Source: an uncultured bacterium (GTDB lineage Bacteria > Planctomycetota > UBA1135 > GCA-002686595). From it: a DNA stretch of 64,000 nt. Made by a program: the position numbers and the translations under genes. Below, in pieces: positions 9,257-19,013 of the stretch. The notes below the pieces were generated by a model. The model had not been told where the DNA came from. It did not search any database and was given only the letters and a program-made list of their open reading frames with translations. Position 1 is the stretch's first letter; every line of letters begins with the position of its first letter. The stretch covers positions 96,001 to 160,000 of the forward strand of contig CALSNU010000004.1 of the NCBI GenBank assembly GCA_943787795.1, written 5' to 3'.

Positions 9257-10444
9257 TCAGCGGCGCTGCTCGAGCACGCCCCAGACCAGGCTGGCGACGG
9301 GCTTGACCCGCCCGAACTCGCTGTTGGTCATGACCACCACTGCTCGCCCGCTGTCCGGCCGCACCGAGAGCAGGGTTCGGGTCTTCTCCTGCGATCCGGT
9401 GTGCCGGACCGTCCGCTCCCCGCCCACTGAAGCGACGCTAAACCCGAGGCCGTACGAGGTGCGCTCTCCGCTTGAGAGGCGCAGGGGTGTCCACATCCGG
9501 TCGAGCGCGGGGCGCGGCAGAAGGTCGTCGCCCATCAGACCCCGGGCGAATCGAGCCAGGTCGCCGACCGTGGAGATGAACCCGCCGCCGGCGAGCTTCC
9601 AGCTCACGTCTCGATCCAGGGACGGCACCACCTGTCGGGCCACGCGCCGGTAGCCGCGCGCGCGCCCGGAGATGGACACCCACTGGTCGTCCGGCTGGAG
9701 AGAGGCCATCCCGAGCGGCGCTGCGATGAACTCGTCCACCTGTTCCCGCAGGGACCCCTCACCCGCCCTCGCCACCGCCGCGCCGAGGAGCATGTAGCCA
9801 TGGGTCGAGTACGAGTACCGGCTGCCCGGCTCACAGACGAGCGGCGACTCCTTGAACCGATCCAGGGCCGCCACCGTGTCCATGAGGGGACGCCCTTCGG
9901 CCTCGCTGCGCTCCGTCACGATCACCTCCCCGTTGGAGTAGTGGACCACCCCACCGAGGTGCCCCGCGAGCTGCCGCGCGGTCACCGGCCAGGGTTTCAC
10001 CGGGAACTCCGGCACGAGCACGCGCACGTCATCGTCGAGATCCAGGCGGCCCGCCTCCGCGAGCTGAACCGCGCGCACGGCGACCAGCGGCTTCGAGATG
10101 GACGCCCAGCGGAACATGGTGCTCGGCCCAACAGGGGTCCTCGCCTCTCGGTCGGCGAAGCCGAAGTAGAACTCGTCGATCTCGTCCTCGACCACGACAG
10201 CCACCGCGAGTCCGACCAGCTCCTGGCGCGCAAATTCCTGCCTCAGAGCCCCGTGAAGAGCCGCCTCCAACGGGAGGTCCTCGGCCTGCGCCGTGAGGCG
10301 ACTCGCGGCCCAGTTGGGCGCCTCGGCAGTGCCGCCCAGCGGTTCACCGAGGGGCGTCCTTGGCAGCAGGCCGAGACCCACGGCCAGACCGATCCGGAGA
10401 GCGAGGGAGCCGAGCATCAGGCCCAGCCTAAGGCACGGCGACAC
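9257..10444 (-). CDS. Serine hydrolase, beta-lactamase class C/AmpC-like family
   Basis: SxxK (ASISK), YSYSTHGY, LAGGGFIST and HTG motifs. N-terminal hydrophobic segment. Confidence 0.9.
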   Translation of the reverse strand: MSPCLRLGLMLGSLALRIGLAVGLGLLPRTPLGEPLGGTAEAPNWAASRLTAQAEDLPLEAALHGALRQEFARQELVGLAVAVVVEDEIDEFYFGFADREARTPVGPSTMFRWASISKPLVAVRAVQLAEAGRLDLDDDVRVLVPEFPVKPWPVTARQLAGHLGGVVHYSNGEVIVTERSEAEGRPLMDTVAALDRFKESPLVCEPGSRYSYSTHGYMLLGAAVARAGEGSLREQVDEFIAAPLGMASLQPDDQWVSISGRARGYRRVARQVVPSLDRDVSWKLAGGGFISTVGDLARFARGLMGDDLLPRPALDRMWTPLRLSSGERTSYGLGFSVASVGGERTVRHTGSQEKTRTLLSVRPDSGRAVVVMTNSEFGRVKPVASLVWGVLEQRR

Positions 10445-10468
10445 GGTTCGCCCGCGCCTGCGGGAGGC

Positions 10469-11566
10469 TCAGGACCGCGCGACGAGGCGCCGCCGTCCCT
10501 GGTGCGCGGTGAGCACCCGGAGCGAGGCGGCCACCAGGCGCTCGACGGTGATCGTGGAGCGGTCCACATCACGGCGGTAGCTGCAGTAGTCCGGCGCGCT
10601 GCTCGCGACCTTCTCACCAAGGCCGAACAGGTCGATCTCGGGAGCGGAGGTCGGGGCAAAGAAGGCGACCGTCGGCACCTCCATGGCGAGGCCGAGGTGG
10701 AGCGCGAGGGAGTCGCTGGTCAGCAACAGGTCGCTCAGCCCCAAGATCGCTGCGAACGTGTTGAGGTCGTGGTCTGTGCCGGCGTCGATCACCCGAGGCG
10801 GCGCGTCGAGCCCTGCGAGCCCGGCGAGTATCCTGTCGTTCCTCTCTCGCTCCGCGGCACCTCCGAGGACGAGGAAGGTGACCGGGCGGTCCAGCGCCTC
10901 CTCCAACGCACCGGCGTAGGCGACGACCCGCTCGACGGGGAGTTCCTTGCTCCGCCAGCGTCCCCCGGCTCCGGTATTCAGCCCACAGACCAGGGTCGAG
11001 TCCTCGAGCCCGAAGTCCGTGGCGAAGCCCAGCGCGGCGGCGTGAGCCTCGGCCGGCAGGGGCAGCTCGGGTCGACCGCTCTCGACCCCCAGCATCGAGG
11101 CAAAGATCTCCGGGTGTGAGCGCTCGTTCTCCCGCTTGCGCCGATCGGCAGCCTCCTTGCCGTCCTTGGACAGGAGCCCCATCCCGAACCAGGGCTCCAC
11201 GTCGTCCGTGTAGGTCGGCTGCCCTTCAGCATCGAGAGTCGCCCCCGACAGTCGCGCGGTCTCCAGCGACGCGGCGAGCGTGCAGAACGGGACCTCATCG
11301 TCCAGGGACAGCACCCAGTCCCAGCGAATCCCGGGCAGCTCCGAGCGCACGGCAGCCACCGAGGCCGCGTCAGCCGGGTCACATGTGATCACCCGCGACA
11401 CGAGCCGGTGACGCTCCACGAGGCTCCGCGCCGCCGGCGCCACCAGCCACGTGAGCTCGAGGTCGGGGAAGCGCCGCTTGAGGCCCGGGAGCACGGAGGT
11501 CGTCCGGAGGACATCCCCGAGCGAGCCGGTCTTGATCATGAGAACCGAAGTCACACTGGAACTCAC
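10469..11566 (-). CDS. Glycosyltransferase family 9 (heptosyltransferase-like)
   Basis: IKTGSLGDVLRTT, GAGGRWRSKEL and TSDSLALHLGLA motifs. Start approximate. Confidence 0.9.
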   Translation of the reverse strand: MSSSVTSVLMIKTGSLGDVLRTTSVLPGLKRRFPDLELTWLVAPAARSLVERHRLVSRVITCDPADAASVAAVRSELPGIRWDWVLSLDDEVPFCTLAASLETARLSGATLDAEGQPTYTDDVEPWFGMGLLSKDGKEAADRRKRENERSHPEIFASMLGVESGRPELPLPAEAHAAALGFATDFGLEDSTLVCGLNTGAGGRWRSKELPVERVVAYAGALEEALDRPVTFLVLGGAAERERNDRILAGLAGLDAPPRVIDAGTDHDLNTFAAILGLSDLLLTSDSLALHLGLAMEVPTVAFFAPTSAPEIDLFGLGEKVASSAPDYCSYRRDVDRSTITVERLVAASLRVLTAHQGRRRLVARS

Positions 11567-11636
11567 TTCGCCGCCCCTCGGGGCCCCGCTCAAGCCCCGC
11601 CCGGGTTTCCTGGGGAAGTTCCAGAGGGAGATGCGC

Positions 11637-14006
11637 TCACCCCCCCGGAATCGCCAGGATCAGCTCGACCGCAGCCCCCGGGCCATGGCGCCGCGCCGCG
11701 GCCGGCCCCCTCGATGATTCGGTCGACAGCGCGGTCGACGGCGTTCCCTCTCGGGACTCGACCTCCAGCACCGCTGGTAACGGGCGACCGCTGGGATCCA
11801 GGAGCCAGGGCGCAGCGTGGGGGCACGCACCGGCCAGCTCAGCCAGCAGCTCCTGGGCGGTCCATCCCAAGGGCGGTGCGGCCAACTCCAGGCGGACCTC
11901 GTCCCCGGGGGAGGCGCCCGCTCCTGCGAGGATCACTCCGGGGTGCCCGGACAGACGCGCGCCGAGAGGCCCCCGCGCAAGCACCGTCAGCGGACCGGCG
12001 CCCGCGGGGAGGCGGTCGGTAGCCGCGTCGGGTCCCCCCTCGGCGCTCGCCTGGCGACCCTCTCCCCCGGGCGATTCGCGATGGAACAGACCGCCTTCCA
12101 CGTGCTCGTCCCGAGCCGCGAGGTATCCCTCCACCGCTGCGGGGTGACGCTCAAGGAGTCCATCAGGAATCACCCCGTCGGCCCCTTGGAGCTCCCGGTG
12201 AAGGGCCAGGTGGCGGGCTCCAGAGCGGAGGAAGACCGCCGCCGGAGTGGACCCCTCCTCGGGCGCGATGCCCAGGGCCTCGCCCAGCTCGGAGATCCCC
12301 ATGACGCCGTCGGCGAGGAGACCGGCGGCGGAGAAGGAGCAGAACCCGCTCACGTCCACCGCAGCGGCGACGCACTCGTGCCAGAAGGCAAGGGTCCCCG
12401 CGTCCCGCTCCCTGTCCCCCGACCACGGCAAGGGCGCGATCATCTCCCTCGCTCGCGCGCCGTCCAGGCCGAGGATGCTGAGGCTACGGAGCGGTTCCGG
12501 TCCGCGGACGGCGAGCGCCTGCCCGACCTCTGCGGCCAGGTCGCCGCGGGCGAAGGTGTCCCCCGCGCCTGGAAGCTGCGTACGCTCCAGAGCCGCGGCG
12601 TGGATCTCGCTGTCCGGGTCGAGGAGCCCGGCGAAGAAGACCTCTGGGGAGGCGGACGGGAAGCAGGTCATGAGCCCCGCAACGGCCCGCGCGTCCACCC
12701 CGAGGTGATTGCAGCGCTCGAGGAGCTCCAGCGGATCGCCCCGCTCCGCGAACCCCTGGAGCGCAGAGAAGCGACCGCCAACCCTTGATCCACCGCGGCC
12801 TTCGACCTCGAAGGTCCAGCCGCATGGAGTCGGACACCCAGCACAGCCGTGCTTGCGCCGGGGCGCATCCACTGCGAGGGCCGAGCCTCGGCTCGCGGCA
12901 AGCTCGAGAGTCCCCCCCGTCGCGCGGCTCAAGAGCCGAGGAGATCGCACGAGCGCGGCCTCCAAGGGGTGCCTCGGGCCAGCGCTCGGCGAGCCCGGGT
13001 CGCCCGGGTCGAGGTCCGCGGGCTCCGCAGCGTGTAGGTTCGCTGGGTCGGGGTTCGCTGGATCGGGGTTCGCTGGATCGGAGGTTGCTGGCGACGAGGC
13101 ACCAACGGGCTCCTCTCCGGCGGGCCAAGGCACCTCCTCCACCGTGAGGGCCACGACCCCCGCCGCGGCGAGGGCGGCGCCGAGCCCGCCCCGCCCGACC
13201 ACGCTGGGCGCGGCATCAGGGTCAGCGCCGTCAAAGCTCGAGAGGTTGGCGAAGGGGAGGCCGGCCTGGGCGCCCGGCCCGGTGGCGAGGGTGTGGACCC
13301 TGGCCGACGGGCCTCCCAGCCGAAGCGCACGCGCGGCGGCGCCGAGCGAGACCAGCTCAGCCGGAGCGTGTTCCACCTCGGCTTCGCCGCTGCCAAGGAC
13401 CCGAACCACGCTCGTCCCCGCGGCCCGCCCCAGCAGCACCAGCGCGTCGGCATGGGCGGCCAGCGCGCGCCCGAACGGTCCGCCAACCTGGGCCTCTGTG
13501 AGCCCCGGCCGAAGGGGAGCCCGGGCGGAGAGGGTCGCCCGTGCCGCGGTCGGGACGGCCCGCCGGACCGCGTCGCCCACCGAGACCACGAGGCTCGGCT
13601 CCGCCAGGACACTCTCCACGAGGCCAGCCCCATGCGAAGCGCTGGCAGGCGGCCCCAAGGCGTCCGTCAGACTCCGTTCGCGGGAACGGCGCGCGGCGGC
13701 GAAGAGCGCGGCCGCGAGCGCCGGTCCAGAGCTCGCCACGGCAGCTCGGAGGTCGGGGGCAGCAGAGATCGCGGCCCTGATGCCCTCGAGCCAGCTCCTG
13801 GCCCCGTCGACCGCGTCGGCCCAATCAGCCCTGTCAGCTCGGTTAGCCCGGTCAGCTCGGTTAGCCCGGTCAGCTCGGTCAGCCCGGTCAGCACCCTCAG
13901 CGGCGATCGGGCCCAACGCGACGACGAGGACCCGACGCCCGGCGAGCTCGCCCAGGAACACGGAGCCAGCCCCCTGCGGAGGCTCTGAAGGGTCGCGGAC
14001 CATCAC
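11637..14006 (-). CDS. Aldehyde:ferredoxin oxidoreductase-like protein fused to C-terminal MoaD/ThiS-like domain
   Basis: AOR-type segments ARAPL..GLTEAQVGGPFG, TGPGA, GRGGLGA, CAGCPTPC, CNHLGVD, DVSGFCSF. The C-terminus ends AVELILAIPGG-stop. Confidence 0.75.
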   Translation of the reverse strand: MMVRDPSEPPQGAGSVFLGELAGRRVLVVALGPIAAEGADRADRADRANRADRANRADRADWADAVDGARSWLEGIRAAISAAPDLRAAVASSGPALAAALFAAARRSRERSLTDALGPPASASHGAGLVESVLAEPSLVVSVGDAVRRAVPTAARATLSARAPLRPGLTEAQVGGPFGRALAAHADALVLLGRAAGTSVVRVLGSGEAEVEHAPAELVSLGAAARALRLGGPSARVHTLATGPGAQAGLPFANLSSFDGADPDAAPSVVGRGGLGAALAAAGVVALTVEEVPWPAGEEPVGASSPATSDPANPDPANPDPANLHAAEPADLDPGDPGSPSAGPRHPLEAALVRSPRLLSRATGGTLELAASRGSALAVDAPRRKHGCAGCPTPCGWTFEVEGRGGSRVGGRFSALQGFAERGDPLELLERCNHLGVDARAVAGLMTCFPSASPEVFFAGLLDPDSEIHAAALERTQLPGAGDTFARGDLAAEVGQALAVRGPEPLRSLSILGLDGARAREMIAPLPWSGDRERDAGTLAFWHECVAAAVDVSGFCSFSAAGLLADGVMGISELGEALGIAPEEGSTPAAVFLRSGARHLALHRELQGADGVIPDGLLERHPAAVEGYLAARDEHVEGGLFHRESPGGEGRQASAEGGPDAATDRLPAGAGPLTVLARGPLGARLSGHPGVILAGAGASPGDEVRLELAAPPLGWTAQELLAELAGACPHAAPWLLDPSGRPLPAVLEVESREGTPSTALSTESSRGPAAARRHGPGAAVELILAIPGG
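13037..13085. repeat. In-frame 15-bp tandem repeat (DPANP)x3
   Basis: GGTTCGCTGGATCGG-like unit repeated three times. Confidence 0.75.
13822..13895. repeat. In-frame 9/18-bp tandem repeat (ADR/ANR)n
   Basis: GTCAGCTCGGTTAGCCCG units, encoding ADRADRADRANRADRANRADRAD. Confidence 0.8.
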
Positions 14007-14134
14007 CCGGGAGAGGATACCGCCCCCACGCCGCTTCGCCGCTCCAGGGTGACAACAGGGTCCTGAGGTGGGAAAGGCCGGTCCGCTGGCCTAACCTCCC
14101 TGGACCCACCCTGGCCCGCATCCGGCCCATCGTC

Positions 14135-15124
14135 TTGTTCGAGAACCACACCATCGCGCGGATCGCCGGGATCCCCATCCGCGCCAACCTGCTCCTCGGC
14201 TATCTGCTCGCCTTCTGGGCGATCATGGGCGCGTCGCGGGGTAAGGCGGAGCTCACGCTCACCCTGATCGTCCTCTCCATGGGCCTGCTGCTGCTCCACG
14301 AGCTCGGCCACGCCCTCATGGCCCGCCGCTTCGGTCTGCAGGTGGTCGACATCGTGATCTGGCCGCTCGGCGGCATGGCCCGCATCAGCGACTTCCCCGC
14401 GGACCCCCGCACGGAGGCGTGGGTCGCGGCCGCGGGCCCCCTGGTCAACCTGACCCTCGCCACCCTCGCCGCGCCGCTGGTGCTCTTGACCGGTGGCAGC
14501 GGGGCTGCCTTTGAGTTCACCCGAGGCGGAGGCCTCGGGTTCAGCCCGGACAGCGGAGGCCTCCTCTCCCTGTTCGTGGTCATCAACCTCGCCTTCGGCC
14601 TGATCAACCTCATCCCCGCCTTCCCCATGGACGGTGGTCGGCTGCTGCGCTCCTTCCTGGGCCGCGGCAGCAGGGACTGGGTCGCCGCGACAGACCGTGC
14701 GACCCGCGTGGGGAGCGTGATCGCCTGGGTGATGATCATCTCCTTCATCGCGCGCGGCGAGTGGCTCCTGTCCCTGCTGGGGTTCTTCATCCTCTTTGCG
14801 GGCATGAAGGAGCGCTTGACGGTCCGCCTCCGCGACCAGGCCGAGCACCTTGGCGGCGGGCCCGGTCGCTTTGCCGGCTGGGAGAGCCTCCTCCGCCAGC
14901 GCGGCGGGCCCTTTCCTGGCATGGGGTTCCCCGGCGCCGAGCCACGGGCAGAGGGTCCGGGAGAAGAAAGTCGACCGGCCCAGGGCCCTGCTGGCCAAGG
15001 GCCGGCGACCGCGTCAGGCGCCGAGGGCAGCCCGGGCCCCGGGTTCTCCGAGGACGACGTCCGCCGCCTGGAGTCCTTCCGCGGCCGATTGCCGCGCAAG
15101 CCCGGGGTCAACGACCCGGACTGA
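14135..15124 (+). CDS. Site-2 protease (peptidase M50 family)
   Basis: HELGH, AAAGPLVN and NLIPAFPMDGGR motifs. Multiple TM segments. Start (TTG) approximate. Confidence 0.93.
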   Translation: MFENHTIARIAGIPIRANLLLGYLLAFWAIMGASRGKAELTLTLIVLSMGLLLLHELGHALMARRFGLQVVDIVIWPLGGMARISDFPADPRTEAWVAAAGPLVNLTLATLAAPLVLLTGGSGAAFEFTRGGGLGFSPDSGGLLSLFVVINLAFGLINLIPAFPMDGGRLLRSFLGRGSRDWVAATDRATRVGSVIAWVMIISFIARGEWLLSLLGFFILFAGMKERLTVRLRDQAEHLGGGPGRFAGWESLLRQRGGPFPGMGFPGAEPRAEGPGEESRPAQGPAGQGPATASGAEGSPGPGFSEDDVRRLESFRGRLPRKPGVNDPD

Positions 15125-15195
15125 GGCGATCCGGTCGAGCGTCAGCCGGGCCGCGATCCTAGAGTGGTCGGGTCCCCACGACCTGGACCCCGACC

Positions 15196-17178
15196 ATGAT
15201 TGCACTCGCCTCGACCCTCGCCCTCGCCGCCGCCTCGCTTCAGGCCGGCTCCCCCATCGCTGCCCAGATGGCCGCAGCCGACGCCGCGGTCGAGGCCATC
15301 CTCTCGATTCCCGCCGGGTCCCGCACGGTGGACAACACCCTCGTGGCGCTCGACGACACCGTCGCCCGCTTCTTCGAGACCGCGAGGATGCCCGGCTTCA
15401 TGGCCGATGTCTCCACGGACCCCGCGGCGCGCGAGGCAGGCCGCGAGGCGCAGAACGACCTCTCCAACTGGTTCAACCGGATGGGCAAGGATGAGCGGAT
15501 CTTCGCAGCCCTCGAGGAGCTCGAGGCCCTGTCCCCGACGTTCACGCCCGAGCAGCGTCGCTTCTTCGACGAGTCGATCCGGGACTATCGCAGGTCCGGC
15601 CTCGACCTCCCCGAGGAACAGCGCGCGCGGCTCGACCAGATCGACGAGGAGCTGAACGAGCTCGGCTCGGACTTTCGCAGAAACATCGCCGACGACGAGA
15701 CGGTCGTGCTGTTCTCGGAGGCGGAGCTCGCCGGGGTCCCCGAGTCCTTCATCGCGAGCCTCCCCCGGTCCGGGGAGCTGTGCATCGTCAACATGAAGGG
15801 CCCGAACCTCGGGTACATCCTCGGCTACTGCGAGGACCCGACGACCCGTCAGAAGATGGGCTGCGCCGCGGGCCTGCGGGGCGGGCAGCGGAACGTCCGG
15901 GTCCTCGAGAAGATCATCCGGCTGCGCCACGAGCGCGCTCAGCTTCTGGGCTACCCCACCACCGCGGCCTATGTCGTCGAGACCAAGATGGCCCTCGACC
16001 CCGAGACGGTCTTCGAGTTCTACGAGGACCTGCGCCCCAAGCTGCGGGACAAGGCCAAGCAGGACTATGCCGAGTATCAGGCAGCCAAGCGCGAGCACAC
16101 CGGAGACCCCGAGGCGGTCCTCGGGGCCAGCGACATTTCCTTCTACTCCAACTGGCTCAAGCGCGAGAAGTACGCCGTCGACACCGAGGCCCTGCGCGAC
16201 TACTTCTCGATGGCCGACGTCAAGGCCGGCATGTTTGGCGTCTATCAGGACCTGTTCGACATCACCTTCAAGGAGATCTCGGCCGCCGCCCGCGAGGAGG
16301 GCCGGCCGTTCTGGCACGAAGACGTGGAGCTGTACGCCGTCGTGGACAACCAGACCGGGGAGATGCTCGGTGAGTTCTACCTCGACCTCTTCCCCCGCGA
16401 CGGCAAGTACAGTCACGCCGCCCAGTTCCCCCTCCGCCTGCGGAAGGTCTGGCCGGACGGTTCGGTCACCTCCCCGATCGTGGCCCTGGTGTGCAACTTC
16501 ACCAAGCCCATGGCGGACCGCCCCTCGCTGCTGTCCCACGGTGAGGTCGAGACCTTCTTCCACGAGTTCGGCCACTGCCTGCACAGCATCCTCACCCGCG
16601 CCACTCTGGCGAGCTTCTCGGGGACCAACGTGGCCCGCGACTTCGTGGAGGCGCCCTCCCAGATGCTGGAGAACTGGACCTGGCAGCCCGCGGTCCTTTC
16701 ACGCTTTGCCCGCCACTACGAGACCGGTGAGCCGCTGCCCGCGGCCATCATCGACGGCATGATCGCGGCCAAGAACCTGGGCTCGGGGATCAACACCGAG
16801 GGGCAGGTCTACCTCGGGATGATGGACATGCGCTTCCACACCGACGAGGACGGCGTGGTGGACACGACCGAGGTCTGCGAGCAGACCTACCGGGACGCCC
16901 GGCTCTTCTCCCCCGCGGCGAACCTCGTCCGCCAGGCGTCCTTCGGACACCTCGTCGGCTACGAGGCTGGCTACTACGGCTACCTGTGGTCGCTGGTCTA
17001 CGCCCAGGACATGTGGAGCCGCTTCGAGGCGGCCCCCATGGACGCCGAGGTCGCCCGGGCCTATCGCCGCGCCGTGCTCGAGCCTGGCGGGACCAGGGAC
17101 GCCCTGGACATGGTCCGGGACTTCCTCGACCGCGAGCCGAACTCCGCCGCCTTCCTCAAGAGCCTCGGGCTCCAGTAG
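15196..17178 (+). CDS. M3 family metallopeptidase (thimet oligopeptidase-like), secreted
   Basis: FFHEFGH, DFVEAPSQMLENW, GKYSHAA and YYGYLWS motifs. N-terminal signal peptide. Confidence 0.95.
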   Translation: MIALASTLALAAASLQAGSPIAAQMAAADAAVEAILSIPAGSRTVDNTLVALDDTVARFFETARMPGFMADVSTDPAAREAGREAQNDLSNWFNRMGKDERIFAALEELEALSPTFTPEQRRFFDESIRDYRRSGLDLPEEQRARLDQIDEELNELGSDFRRNIADDETVVLFSEAELAGVPESFIASLPRSGELCIVNMKGPNLGYILGYCEDPTTRQKMGCAAGLRGGQRNVRVLEKIIRLRHERAQLLGYPTTAAYVVETKMALDPETVFEFYEDLRPKLRDKAKQDYAEYQAAKREHTGDPEAVLGASDISFYSNWLKREKYAVDTEALRDYFSMADVKAGMFGVYQDLFDITFKEISAAAREEGRPFWHEDVELYAVVDNQTGEMLGEFYLDLFPRDGKYSHAAQFPLRLRKVWPDGSVTSPIVALVCNFTKPMADRPSLLSHGEVETFFHEFGHCLHSILTRATLASFSGTNVARDFVEAPSQMLENWTWQPAVLSRFARHYETGEPLPAAIIDGMIAAKNLGSGINTEGQVYLGMMDMRFHTDEDGVVDTTEVCEQTYRDARLFSPAANLVRQASFGHLVGYEAGYYGYLWSLVYAQDMWSRFEAAPMDAEVARAYRRAVLEPGGTRDALDMVRDFLDREPNSAAFLKSLGLQ

Positions 17179-17207
17179 ACGCTGCGGCCAGCGAGGGGGC
17201 GCTGGGT

Positions 17208-18791
17208 TCAGTCCAGCAGGTAGGGGCTCACGAGGTTGCGCGTCAGCGCGATGCCACCGGGGATCCGGAAGGCTCCCTGGAGGTGCATCTGCGTCCCTCT
17301 CAGGGCGCTGGACCCCGGGATCGGCAGCGTGAGGTCCATGCGGCCGTCCGCGTCGGGCAGGCCAACGTGGAACTGGAGCCCGCTGCGGCGCAGGAGCAGC
17401 GGCCCGTCCACCCCCGGGAACTGCGCTGGCAGCTCGGCTCGCGGCCCGATGAGGAACCAGCCGATGGTCGCGCCGGGCCTGCGGGCCGTCGCCCGGAGCT
17501 CTCCCCCGAGGCGAGGGGTCTCGAGGAGCTGAAGCTGTCGCTCGCCGCTATCGACCAGGCGCACGTCGCCGCGCGCGCTGGCGACCGACGCGTGGACATC
17601 CTTGGCTGCGAGGACGAGGCGCGTTCCCGTGGCGTCGAGGGCCAGGTCGCGTACGCTGCCCGCGGTGTCGATCCGCAGGACCGGTCCGAAGGCGCCCATC
17701 TCCAGCAGGAAGACCTCGGGGTCCGAGCCGTTGCCCCAGGTGCCGAACGCCGCGCGGCGGTCGTCCGAGGAGAACTCGACGGCGCTGACGAGGTTCTGCG
17801 TCGCGCCAGGGAGCCCGGGCAGGTCGTGGCTCGCCATCTGGAACTGAAAGAGCAGGTCGAAGATCTCGAGCCGCGCGGACCGACCCGTGGTGTAGTCCCA
17901 CCAGCCGATGGCCGCCAGGGTCCCGTCACGGGAGAGGTCCAGGCGCGTGGGCAGCTCGGCTGCACCGCCGGCGACGCTGCCTGTGGGCAGGTAACCGAGC
18001 CCGGGGAACTCCGTCAGCAGGCGCACCGCGCCGAATTCACCGTAGGCCACGGTGCCGCCGTCCATGGACACCCCGACCGCCTGGGTGGCGAGGGTGAGGG
18101 GCTGGGCGTGAACGGTCCGGGCCGCGGCGTCGAGGACGAACAGGTTCATCCCGGCAGAGACCACCACCCGCTCACCGTCCGCAGACATTGAGAGCGCACT
18201 GAGCCCCACGGCGGGCAGATCGGTCCGCCCGAGCAGGGTGCCCGTGGTCCCGTCGAGGATGTCCACCCGGACCTCCGCCGTGGCATCGTTGAAGGCCGCT
18301 GCGACCACGAGCTCTCCGTCAGCGTCGGTCACCAACTTGGCCGCGCTGTTGATCTGGATTCCGAGGTCATGGGTCCACACGTCCCTCAGAAGCGCCCCGG
18401 CTGAGGCCGGTAGAGGGTCGAAGCCCGAGACCAGCGGGGTCCGACGGAAGAGCGAGGGGATCGAGATCTGACGCAGGGCGAACACGCGATCAGCCCGTGA
18501 TCCCGCCGCGATCTCGGGGGCCCGGAACTGGTCCGCGAGGGGCGGCACCACGCCGCGGATCGCGCCCGCGCCGTCGGCGACCGTGTCGAGGAGCAACAGG
18601 GAGTTCTGCGTCCCCCGTACGGAGCACCAGACGAAGGCCTCGTCACCCGCGAAGGCCACCTGCTCCGGGGCCCAATCTGCGCCGGAGGGGGCAGCGAGCC
18701 ACCGCTCGGAGGGCGTGAAGGGATTCTGAGCCGTGGCGAGGGCCGGGAGAGCGGCCGCCACGAGGAGAGGAGCGAGGTGGAGTCGGGACAT
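17208..18791 (-). CDS. Secreted beta-propeller (WD40/YVTN-like) protein with small C-terminal beta domain
   Basis: Signal peptide ending ATA-Q. Repeated blades ALSMSADGERV, VGVSMDGGTV, LDLSRDGTLA, VEFSSDDRRA, LALDATGTRL. Confidence 0.7.
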   Translation of the reverse strand: MSRLHLAPLLVAAALPALATAQNPFTPSERWLAAPSGADWAPEQVAFAGDEAFVWCSVRGTQNSLLLLDTVADGAGAIRGVVPPLADQFRAPEIAAGSRADRVFALRQISIPSLFRRTPLVSGFDPLPASAGALLRDVWTHDLGIQINSAAKLVTDADGELVVAAAFNDATAEVRVDILDGTTGTLLGRTDLPAVGLSALSMSADGERVVVSAGMNLFVLDAAARTVHAQPLTLATQAVGVSMDGGTVAYGEFGAVRLLTEFPGLGYLPTGSVAGGAAELPTRLDLSRDGTLAAIGWWDYTTGRSARLEIFDLLFQFQMASHDLPGLPGATQNLVSAVEFSSDDRRAAFGTWGNGSDPEVFLLEMGAFGPVLRIDTAGSVRDLALDATGTRLVLAAKDVHASVASARGDVRLVDSGERQLQLLETPRLGGELRATARRPGATIGWFLIGPRAELPAQFPGVDGPLLLRRSGLQFHVGLPDADGRMDLTLPIPGSSALRGTQMHLQGAFRIPGGIALTRNLVSPYLLD

Positions 18792-19013
18792 GTGCGGTTC
18801 TTCGAGTAGGAATGAGACCGCCCCCAGCGGCCTCCAATCGAAAACTACCCCGCTGCGGGGCTGGCGGCGGCCACCACGGTTCCCCGCGCGCTGCGCGTGT
18901 TGCCGGGCAGAGACCCCTGCCCAGGGCGTCCCGAATCCCTACACTCTCTGGCCGCCCATCCGGGCGAGCGGCCCCATTCGGGACGCGATGACCCCGCGAA
19001 GAGCACCCAGACC

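Noticed and set aside
9257..10444. Bona fide antibiotic-resistance beta-lactamase
   Set aside because: Motifs only support the broad serine hydrolase family, which includes many esterases and peptidases. No mobile context.
18792..19013. Canonical glycine riboswitch upstream of gcvT
   Set aside because: The conserved aptamer motifs are not convincingly present. Reported only as an unexplained structured leader.
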